From: Girardia tigrina
Taxonomy: Eukaryota
DNA: 64,000 nt
Assembly (NCBI GenBank): GCA_001938485.1
Contig: MQRK01245168.1
Location: forward strand, 15,050-79,049
Direction of reading: 5' to 3'
The notes under the pieces are model-generated. The model saw only the letters and a program-made list of their open reading frames with translations. It was not told the DNA's origin and ran no database searches. Positions 39,972 to 51,400 of this stretch are shown here, one piece after another. How positions within the stretch are numbered: position 1 is the stretch's first letter; every line of letters starts with the position of its first letter. Made by a program: the position numbers and the translations under genes.

Positions 39972-40542
39972 TTTATCATCGAGAATTTGGACTTCAAACG
40001 AGAAATTCTTCTTGAGATTTTCCACGATTAACCTTCACTCTGTGCATTGGGGTCAAATGGACCCCAGTCTATTTAAAAAGCGATTTAAAAAAAATTGAGC
40101 CAAGTAAATTAAACTGCCAACTCGGATTGCCCCAACTAATATCTTTTAGACGTTTTAAATGTTATTAATAAGTTATTATAATTAATAAAAATTTAAATAA
40201 AAACTAAAATTTTGTTAGTTTTCCTTACAAAATATATCAAAATGTATATGGGGTACGATTGACCCCTATGCACAGACGCCGGAAAATTTTCAATGCACAG
40301 AGTGAAGGTTAAAATCATATAAGGCAAATTGATACCCAGTGTTACTTTCGGATCACACGGACAGGTTATGAATGTCTACTGATATTTGTGTCCATTAATT
40401 CAATAACTAGCGATTGAATATTGTTATCGCTTATCCGTTTAATGTTTCCATTTCGAACCTTTTTATCCCAAATTCGTAATGAACTTGTACCAATACTGAA
40501 TAGAATCGACAGGAACCCACTTTTGAATGTGTTTCTAAACAT
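39972..40542 (-). pseudogene. CFAP20: CFAP20/BUG22 5'-half pseudogene (about aa 1-95), intronless
   Basis: [55 protein letters not shown]-(1-bp deletion)[22 protein letters not shown]|IVENLKKNFSFEVQILDDK matches the highly conserved CFAP20 N-terminus. It is interrupted by a piggyBac MITE whose removal restores the frame. Confidence 0.93.
40032..40308. mobile_element. piggyBac-type MITE (277 bp) inserted in the CFAP20 fragment
   Basis: TTAA|CCTTCACTCTGTGCATTG ... CAATGCACAGAGTGAAGG|TTAA: 18-bp perfect TIR with internal subterminal inverted repeats. Confidence 0.93.
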
Positions 40543-40749
40543 CGAATCTGTCTGATAGGTATTTGTATGAATTACAAGATTCATCTGAATCTAGACATAT
40601 TTTAAAGCGATCATACATTGGATTCATAGAGAGCTTTACTCACTGTTTTGATTGATTGTGGTTGTCTTCAATAAATTGATGTGTAAACTTGAAATCGTTT
40701 AATTAATTTGTTTACTTTTAAATAAACTTTTAAATAAATAAACACAATA

Positions 40750-41020
40750 TTAATCGTAATTCATCAGAAACTTTACATCCACAGACACATTCAACTTTTA
40801 ACTTTAAAATTTCTTTATTAATAGCGTTGTCTTTGACACACTTAATAAAATCTTCACAATCGATACCCAAACTTTTCTTGTTTCCGTCGGCAGAATAACT
40901 CTCAAAACAATCCGAACAATAACGACAACCAACAATCTGTTTGAACAGCGTTCATTAAAAGTCTTTTGCATTTTAGACATTTCNTATTATCTGAAAGATT
41001 GAGTGGAAAATTGTTTCTTG
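40750..41020 (-). pseudogene. TRAF-like N-terminal RING finger relic
   Basis: CLKCKRLLMNAVQTDC-(+1 frameshift)-GCRYCSDCF...DCEDF...KDNAINKEILKLKVEC matches the TRAF RING plus 'D...EI..L.V.C' pattern. Possible further Zn-finger relics at ~39130-39370. Confidence 0.7.
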
Positions 41021-44000
41021 ATATATTTGAATTACTGAAGACAGATCTTCCAATGATTTTAATACAGATATTACTTGATTTGTATAAATAATGAAATATA
41101 TACTGAAAGCGGGCCCGATTATCCCCGTCAATAAAAACATAAAAAAACATTTTACAGTAAAAAAAAATAAAAATAATAAAAAAAAACAACAATCCAAAAC
41201 AATCAGGTAATCTCGTACAAAGAATTAAAGTGAAGAAATAAAGCACTAATAGAATTCAGTTATATCATTTTGTAATTTAATTAATAAGCCTCTACACATA
41301 ACCTTTTAATATTATATATATATATATATATAATCAAAAACACCTTAAAAACTATAAAAAAACATCTTTAAAATCATCGAAAACATGTAAACACCACCAA
41401 AATTACACAAAAAAGTGCAAAACTCAATACTGCACTCGTCTGCACAGTGCTGCACATATCCTAATCAATAATGCACATGTGCAGCCTGCCTAGGCTTTGT
41501 TCAAATGTGCAAAATCAATAAGTTCACAATTGTGCAAAGTGAAATATATTCATGTTTTTTATATAATATAGTTGAAAGTGAGGCAGAATGCCCACAGTGA
41601 GACCGAATGCTTATACAGTAAAAAGGTCAAAGGAAGCAAAATTTCAAAAATCTGTTTGGAAACATGGATATACCCAATTGGTAAATAGCCGGAATATAAT
41701 CTTAGCTTAATTTTTCCCTAAGGGCGGCCCTTCTCAACCCTTTGAAGTACAACAGCACTGGAGTCCCCTCCGCTATGTTCCAAGCTCGGCAAGGAAAACA
41801 GATCTTATTGAAACATCGATCTCACACCATTGGTCACGGGGAGGAATGGATCGTTTTGTCAAATTCTGTAAACGGATGGTAGTGGGTGGACTTTTCTTGT
41901 TGTTATTTTTTGTATCCTGTTGTTTTCAATTTCTAATAAATATTTATTCGAACTTTCTTTGTGTTCTCTAAATTAAATATATTATAACAAAAATTTTTTA
42001 AATAATATAACTAAATAGAATTTGGAAAATTTTAACCTTAATAAAAAGCATAAAACAAATTTATTAAAACATGAAACTATTTTCAAAAAAGTCAGATCCT
42101 CTTAAACAAAAGTGCCGATAGGTAATATCAACTTATAAAACATGTTATTAAAACTAAATCATCTACCTAGACGACAGTTACTTTAAGTCTTAATAAAAAT
42201 AGTTTTAAAAGGAAGGTATCGGATTTTGTTCACTGGTGAGATGATTGGACCAGATAAACTTGATCTGGTACGACACGAACTATTTCCTGGTGTCAGAAGA
42301 AAGTTGGTAAAAGTGGGTTCGTGTAACGTAAACTGATTGTTATAATCATGAACAAAAAAATGGAGAGTGTAGATTGAATCGACGAAGAAAAATTGATCTG
42401 AATGGTATCTTCACTACGCTGGATGTAGAGACTATTGTTCTCCATATTCATTTCATGAAAGAGCATTTTGCTTCGCCATGGAATAATGAAGAAGCTAAAT
42501 TAGTTTTGTTATGAAACATGCTAAATAAGGAGAGTCTGACACAATTTAGCATTCCATGTAATAAATGGTGTGTATTGTTCTCAATTTTAATGAGTTCGAC
42601 AGTTCTCAGTTTCAGGTAATTTTGCTATGGTTATAATCTTTTTTGGGTTGTTATGACTTTATCATGGGTAATTTCTTTGTTTTTCTATTTTTAGCCAAAC
42701 AAACTATTTTAAAGAGTTGCTCAAGTCATAAATAATAGAATTGAGGAACTTTATGGTGAGGACAAATACTCATTGCATTGTATCTACGTCTCTAAATAAT
42801 AAAGGAAAGGAGACACGGGTAATTATTAACTTGACCTTTAACGGTGGCATGCCACAGTTGGCTCGGTCTTTACAGAGGTGACCACTGCCTCTGTTGATCG
42901 AATTGGACGACACTCAACGAATCACTGATATAATCAAAACGACGGTCGATCCGGGCGCCGATCTGTGGGATTAAATCGAATGATTGATTAATCCCACGCG
43001 GCCGTCGAGTGCAGAGACGCGGCCTGCGTATTTAGCTGATTGCAGTGGTTGGAGCATCACGATTCGGTAGGAATCGCTCGAGTTAAAGTGATCTCGTCTT
43101 GTCGAGCTGAACCGAGCGGAGTTGTGTCGGTGCATCATTGATATGTTTATTTTTGATTCCATTATTATAAGGGTGGAAACTCTACGGATTATTTCTAGAG
43201 TTCAATTTCGAAAAATAAAATAAAAGGCGAGTCAATTATTTATTTACTGATATTATAAGTTAGTATAAATGGGTATAACGACTCGACCTGAACCGTCCAG
43301 GTGGTAATAAAAACCGAAATAAAAGTCAGTTTGACTGGTCCCCGGGTCGACCGTTCCGCTCGTGGGGCGTTCGCGGCACTTTCGATCAGTGCGGACCGAA
43401 TTCAATCATCGCGCAATATAGATTTTTTATCGATCATCTCCGACAACTTCACGTAGATTTTCGGCGGTGACAATTGCGATTTCTTCACGCAATTGGAATT
43501 CATGATCGCTTTATTCGAGCAAGGGACAGCAGACAAAGAAATCAAAGAAAGGCATGAATACGTGCACGCGTTTGTAGATCGATTTTCTTCGTGCAAATTT
43601 GCACGATTTCGATGCGGTTTCTTCGTCGGACAGTTTTCGTTTTTGACTGTCGATTATTTGGCACGCCTGTTGCTTGATTTTTTCGTAAAGATAGGATTTA
43701 TGAGGGATGGAAATGGTAAACGAAGTCTTTTTAGGATTTTTGTTTTTGAAAAAGATCGATGGAATTCTGATGGAATTGGTCGATTTGTGAATGATTTTTG
43801 TGGATTGGAATGGCTATTTGTAATTATTAAAGAATTATCGATTCTTCAGTTGACGGATAAGAAATATATATCGATCTTATTGTGAAAATATTCAATTCCG
43901 TTGACAAATCCTTTAATATTAAATTATTTTGGAAATTTATTTGATTTAATGCGAGACAGAAATGATAAAGTTCGATTTTAGTGAATATATGTTAGCGATG

Positions 44001-45433
44001 TTCGTTAGATCTGTTTAATGTGTCATGCTGAAGATTGTATAGGTTGTTTTGTGGTCTTGCAAAAAAATATATGTGTAGTATACTGCAAAGAAAAACGGTA
44101 GAGGTGGATTATCGAGAAGACAAATGCGTTACTCCTTTTGGGTAGTGTACCTTGGTGTATTTGCTGTATTGTGTTTATTCAGATGATGTAGCATCGTTGG
44201 TTGTGTGGTTCATGTGTTCTGTGTTTTCTTTGTTTGATTGTTGTATCGTGTGCGTGTCAGTGTTGCTTTGTTGTGTTGGGAAAGTGTAGATTAATGTGGC
44301 AGGTGTTTTTATTGGTGTTGCCAGAATGTCGGTTAGAATGCTCAGCTTGTTGTGTTGTAGTATTTAATTATAGCAATATTAAACTTTATAGTATTTAATT
44401 TATTTTTATTGATTTCTATTTATAATTTAATATTTTATTTATGAAATATTTATAACTTAACAATCTTTCTTTTTTATTATTTCTCCTCTATTTAAATCTT
44501 TATTGCTTTATTTATAAATTCCAAAGGTCAGATCAGTTAAATAAGTTAATCAATTAATCTTAATAATCATATTTTTTTATTTCAGATCAAAGTCCAATTC
44601 AATTAAGGTTTTTTAATTAATTAAAATAATAATTATTCATTATTCATTTTATTTTATTTCAGATCCCGAGAACTTATTCATCAGCCTATGCGCCATCATA
44701 ATAAATAAACATGATGCTGAGTGGGAAAAGTCTTGATCTCAACACTTATTTAATATTTTCCAGAGAATTTTATCATTAGTGATTTTAAACATGTTTTATT
44801 TTTAACAAGAAAAATAAGGGAGGTTCAGAGCTTTGTCGCGTCATATTTGAAGGAGGTTTGACTTTTTATGATGACTTGTAAAGAGAGGGAAGGGAAAATA
44901 AGAAATTTTGTGTCATGAATATGGGGAATTCTGAATTTAAACCCAATAACGAGTAAATTAATTTTCATTTCCGGTGATCAAAATAATAATTTTAATATTT
45001 AGAAATTTCATTAATTTATTTATTCATACATTCACTAAATCATTATTTAATAATACTTCATTTCATTTAATGTTTTATTAAATCTTTTTTTCGATGTTTA
45101 ACATTTTATTTTTCGACGTTTTAACGTGGTACCATTTTTTAAGTACCTAAAATAAAATTGTCAGATACAATGGAGTTTAAGTGTTTAAAATGTATTTAAT
45201 TAAAAAAGTTAAAATTTAATAATGCATTTGAAGACCAAGATTAATTTAGACACCTAAACTACGTTCATTTTTCTTTTTCTATAATATATAGTTTTGTTTA
45301 AATAATACAAATAGTTAAATTACAGCGTCATTTCTAAAATAGTTTCTTTTCAAAATCATTCATTATAAAGTTCAAATATCTTCATTTTCTGATTTTTAAG
45401 ACCAAATTTTCACAAGAATTTCTTTTCATAAAA

Positions 45434-48400
45434 ATGGAAGTTGATATTTCTAAAATTACCTCGTTTGATGACATCAGAAAAGTCCATTCACAAATTCGAA
45501 AAGAAGAAGTTTTCCTAAAAAAATCATAAACCAACAATCTTTAATAAAATTTCTCTAGGACTTATTGAAAGAGGAAATCAATCAATTTTACAATAAACGT
45601 CAATCGATTGCCGATGACGTTTTACAACTGGAATTATCAATGTTTGTTTTTCTAATAATAATTAAAAAATAAAAACGCCATTTCAATTAAAAAAAAATAG
45701 AATGTGTTTGGTTATGCGTCTCATCGATTTGACTGTAAAAATCAATGGATAAACCATTTAAGTTTTCTTAATGTCTCTTGTTTCGAAATTATTAGAAATT
45801 TGATTCTGTTTTTTTAAAAAATTTAATAAATTATTTTAAGTTTAAATCAATTTTTTTTATTTATATTCTTTTCAGTTAATATTTGATAATTTATAAATAC
45901 GTAATAATTGTTTTAATTTACTTCTACATACATTCTTTTATTTTTTTAATATTTTGATTATTTATTTTCATTTAATATTTAGTAATTTATAAATTTTTCA
46001 AAATAAATTATTTTAGTTTTAATAAGAACACTTATATGATTTCCAATACTTTTATCGCATCACAACTGGGATTGCTTCCAGCACAATTCTCCACAAAACT
46101 TTCGCAGTTAAACATCGTTCTTAATTGATAAATTAAAATTCTATTTCTAAATTGCTAATTATTCGAACAAATTTAAATTACAATTCCTTACTGAAATAAT
46201 TTTCAAAAATATTTTGATTCATTTTAAATATATTATTTATTTTTATAATAATATTAAAAAAACATTTATAATGTTTACTCAATTTATTACTATTTTTATA
46301 AATTTTAGTATTAATTTATTTAAGAAATTTAAAAAATAATGCCAAATTTTTATTGAAATCAAGAACACCATTAAAATTAAATTTTATTGTCGCAATATAT
46401 TTCGGTGGATTTTCCACCATCTTCAGGCTGAATTAACAACAATTTCGCTGTCTTATATATAGCAAATTGATGATTATGTAAACAACTTGCGTAATAACTA
46501 ATTAAATATTTTCAACAAAGTGGAAGAGAGACTTGTTTGGACAATAATGGACGGATTAAGTGATTTAATCGACTAAGATCGTTTCGACTAACTAATATTG
46601 CTTTTATTCTGACTGTCCTTTAGAACAATCTATTTTATCAAAATCTTTTTAAAAAAAATAGTTTTTGATTATTTTAAGATAAAATTCAAATTTTTAAATA
46701 AATTTTTAGAGGTTTTATCTGGAAAATATTATTTTTTAGAAAAATTAATACTCTTTCCATTATTTCTAAATTCTTAAAAATGCGTATAAGACATAAAAAA
46801 ATTGTTATTCAAAATGACAAAATATTAAACAGTCGAACCCAGCTTTACTAAAAAAGAAAAAAAAACAAAAATATATGACATTTTAAAACGTTTTTATTAG
46901 CTTGCTTTCTTGTATGTTTGTCTGTTTGTCTGGAACAAATCTTGCGATTGATTTTTCGACCACTTTCAGTCATCCAATTGAGCTGAATTTTTATATACAG
47001 GCTTGCTTCCGATGACAATACAATTTGATAAAAAAATTTTTGAAAAAAAATATTTTTTTCTAATTTTTTTTTGCAAAAAACCACTTTTGGTTATCTACAA
47101 ATTTATACACTTTATTAGATAGCAATCTTTTCGTTTATTTTCATGAATTAAGTTAAAACTCTTTCAAATTACCAAATAATTTTATTTTGGAGATTGAAAT
47201 TTTTTCANNNNNNNNNNNNNNNNNNNNNNNNNNNNNNNNNNNNNNNNNNNNNNNNNNNNNNNNNNNNNNNNNNNNNNNNNNNNNNNNNNNNNNNNNNNNN
47301 NNNNNNNNNNNNNNNNNNNNNNNNNNNNNNNNNNNNNNNNNNNNNNNNNNNNNNNNNNNNNNNNNNNNNNNNNNNNNNNNNNNNNNNNNTATTAATAAAA
47401 AAAATTTTTATAAAAACAACCACGTTTTTCAAGCATTACCAATGCACTAAAAAGAGGAAAATAATTTTTTTTCTAGACATGTGAGAAATTTTATACCTAA
47501 CCAAAAATAGAAATGATCGATTGTTACTAAAAAGCAGTAAAGAGGAAATAGCAGTTACTAATAGCAGTAATTCAGAAATCCGCCCCACGTTTTTGGGTTA
47601 GGTATAAAATTTCGACATGTCTAGAAAAAAATTATTTTCCTCTTTTTAGTGCATTGGTAATGCTTGAAAAACGTGGTTGTTTTTATAAAAAAATTTTTTA
47701 TTAATAATATTATTTATGATAAATTCAAAAGGAATAAAAACAATTTTATTTTAAAGATTCAGGCCAAAAAAACTGTTTCAAAGAGGGTTTTGTTATAATT
47801 TTATATATTTTAATTTTTGAAACATTGATTGACAAAATCAATATTTTTTATAAAAAAATATTTGAATAAACTTTAAATACACAAATATGACTAACGACAG
47901 ATAGTTTACTGTAACCTATTCTTTTAAGTTCTTTTGAGAATACATTTTCAAACGTGTTTAGTTACTTTAAAATTTTATCTTACAAAATTTTCTTTGCAAG
48001 ATATTTTTAAGGCTGATTATTTTAATATACAGATCAAAGAATATATTCTCTGTCTGATGAAAACAAAAGATTTTTTCTCAAAATAATTGAAAAGAATGGG
48101 TTATTTTAATTATCCATGTGATTTATGAAGTTTATAATAAAATTAAAGTAATAAAATAATATGTTTAATAAATAAAAAAAATTTTAAATAATACTAAAAT
48201 AATTTAAATAATAAATAATATTTAATAAATTTAAAATTTTTAAACAATTAAAATTTTATTTTTTTGTAATACAAGGGAGGTAATAAAATTGAGAGCTAGC
48301 GATAAATTTTTGTCATCGAAATATAGAAACTTGGGAAAACATTGCGGCAATGTTTTTAAAATACATTCATTCAGATCCAATTGTTTTTCCAAAGTAGTTT

Positions 48401-51400
48401 ATATACATATACATATATTTAGGCATTTGTTCATTAAGTATTTAATGCAATGGTTTCCAACCTTTTTGTACTGGCGCCCCCTTTAAAAAACAAATTGTTG
48501 ATTCATTTTTGTGACACCTATTCGATTTTTTGGTTTGTATTCGAAAATGATATTTTGGAAACAGCTGCATGCTCCCCTCGGGGGCGCGCCCCACAGGTTG
48601 GAAACCACTGATTTAATGTTTTGCTACAATCAACAATTAATGTTTTAAAATCATAATTAGTCGAATCGACCATTAGTCGAAACGACCATAGTCGAACTGA
48701 CCTTAGTCGAATCGACTTAGAACCTTTGAGAGACGTCTCGTCATCTCTGTAAACAGATTCAACAGCATGGACGATTGGGTAATGGAAGTAATATTGCTTG
48801 ACATATGAAGGTTTGTAGATTGGAGGTGAAAACAACTAATTTTAAAATATTGTGCAGTATTTTAAAAAATTATTGGGAAAGAGTTACTTATGAGGCATTA
48901 CTGATTAAATCACTTAATCCGTCCATTAATGTCCAAACAAGTCTCTCTTCCACTTTGTTGAAAATATTTAATTATTTATTACGCAAGTTGTTTACATAAT
49001 CATCAATTTGCTATATATAAGACTGCAAAATTGTTGTTAATTCAGCCTGAAGATAGTGGAAAATCCACTGAAATATATTGCGACAATAAAATTTAATTTT
49101 AATTGCGTTCTTGATTTTAATTTATTTAATATTAAAAAAAGCATTAAGGCAATATTTTTCAATATTATTATAAAAATAATTCCAAAACATAAAATAAAAT
49201 AATAATTTACATGATTTTTTATTATTTAAAAATATTTTCTTAAAAACAAAATATTAACATTCTATGTACAAAACGGTTTGGGCCACATTTAAATTTTCTA
49301 TAATTTAGTTTTTCAGCATAAATATGGATTGAAATTTTTTCCGGCTTCCAGACATTTTCAGTTTATTTAAAGATTAATTTAATCTCATTTTTGAAAAATT
49401 TTCAATTAATAATATTCATTTTAATAATACTAATATTAATGAAATAAAATTTTACTTAATTTACTAATTTTAATAATATTAATTTAATTGTTAAATTCAG
49501 CGTTTTTGTCGCCGGTTTTTTAAACACACGCAGTTTTTATTCGTGGCGTTTTTTTCGTGAGACCATATAAGATCATTTTTTTGCATGAATATTGATGGAT
49601 ATTACGCTGAAATGTTGTGAATTTAAAGGAATTTAAATGCGAAACTTTAGCCCAATATTATTTCAATTTCTTATTACTGACAATTATTATTTGTTAGTCT
49701 TGATTTTTTTCTATCAATTTTCAAATAGGCCGAACTTTGAATTGCTCGATTCCAACAGCAATTCGTTGTCAAGGATGATAATGTTCGCTGCCGAGCTCGC
49801 GGACAGCGTCAGTGTGAAAGTGCGCCAATTGGATCTGGCGAAGGTTTGTCGTTGATTTGGCTGACCAAATGACGATTTTTCTGTGTAGAACCGCGTGCAT
49901 CAGTGTATTCTGCGAGTAGAGGACATTTTAGACTTGAAGGCATGTACTGAAGGCGCTCAGAGAGCGCTGGAGGAACACAACTACGAGAATGTTAATACTG
50001 AATTTGAATTGATTAATTTTTATTTTATCAAAATTATATAACAATATAAATATTTTAAATAAAAATTAAACTATTATTTAACCTATAAATCAAACTGCCA
50101 TATAAGCTCTAATAACCACCGATTTAATTTTAACCCGGCACGCTAATTAGCCCTACATAATTTTAATTTAATATCTGCCTTTTCTAATTTTACGTTCGTT
50201 AGTTTCTCAAAAATCTTTCTGTGGATTACATTTAATCTGTGTGATTTATGACGATTTTTTATGATTAAAAATTATGTTCGCCGTTATCAAGATTTTGTAT
50301 GTTATTTATTTTTTTTTATTAAAATAGTTTACTCGTTGATTGTTTCTTTCCTTTTTTTTACTTTACTGATTTTATTTAATTATTGAAGTTCTACTTTCGT
50401 AAAAATTAATCTCACCCAAAGTCATTTAGAACTTTATTTTGGGTTAGATTAATTTAAACTTTTGTATCGCTATTATATCGTAGATATAATTGTAGATATA
50501 ATTTTGTATCGTAGATAAAAATACTGTGACTTGCGTTTATCGGATTCAGTATTTTTACAAGCATCTTAAAATTTTCTTCAATGTTTCCATGATTCTCGTC
50601 CAGTAAGCACAGGTCGTCTGCGTATATCAGTCTATTTGTTGTTATTTCATGGCCTTATGTTGGAAATTAAATGTTTTATTACACTAAGATATATTTCCTT
50701 ATACACGGTGTACCGAAAAAATAACATTTTTTGAATTGGAATGCCATAGATATTTTCGCATTTTTCGAAAATAGACTTAATTCTAAGAACTTTTTCCTCT
50801 CTAGACCACATGTCTATATTCAATTGTTGTCGAACTACAGACAATTGAATATCGTAAAATAAATAAATAAATGAAGTAAGGTAAGAATTTTGATTAGTCA
50901 CTGTGTAGAACGTTAATGATAGAACAAAATTTATTTTATTTTCCTGTTTTAGTTTTTAAGGGTTATTTCACTATAAAACTAAAACTCAAAGCAAGGTAAA
51001 TGCCGTGCAAAGGCGGACGTTACCTTGTATCATCAACTTTAAACTCAATCGGCCTTGCATTCTATCGTACGATATACTTTCTGCTTTCCATTCATCTATT
51101 GACAAAATCCTGGCATCTTCTGTACTCTTTTCTTCAATTGTTCCCACTAAACTTCGTCCAAGCTTGTCCTCAAAAGTTTCTTTCTTTATAAATTTCCGTA
51201 CTTTATCATTTACTCTTGCTTCACTTATCTCAACATTCCTTTCATCGTCTATTACTACGTCTATAATATTTGATATATCACTTCTACTATAAACACAAAT
51301 ACTTTTGGAGTCGCTGGTATCTTTAAATTTATTGCCCCGACTGGCTCCACTTCTGTCGAGCCGTTGCCTTTTGGGTGTTCACTTCCTGTAACCGATTCTT

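Noticed and set aside
42230-42800. Possible LINE endonuclease or Tc3 remnant
   Set aside because: Too decayed to assign strand or family.
44640-44695. CTGATGA...GAAA on the minus strand as a third hammerhead
   Set aside because: No convincing stem II or stem III.
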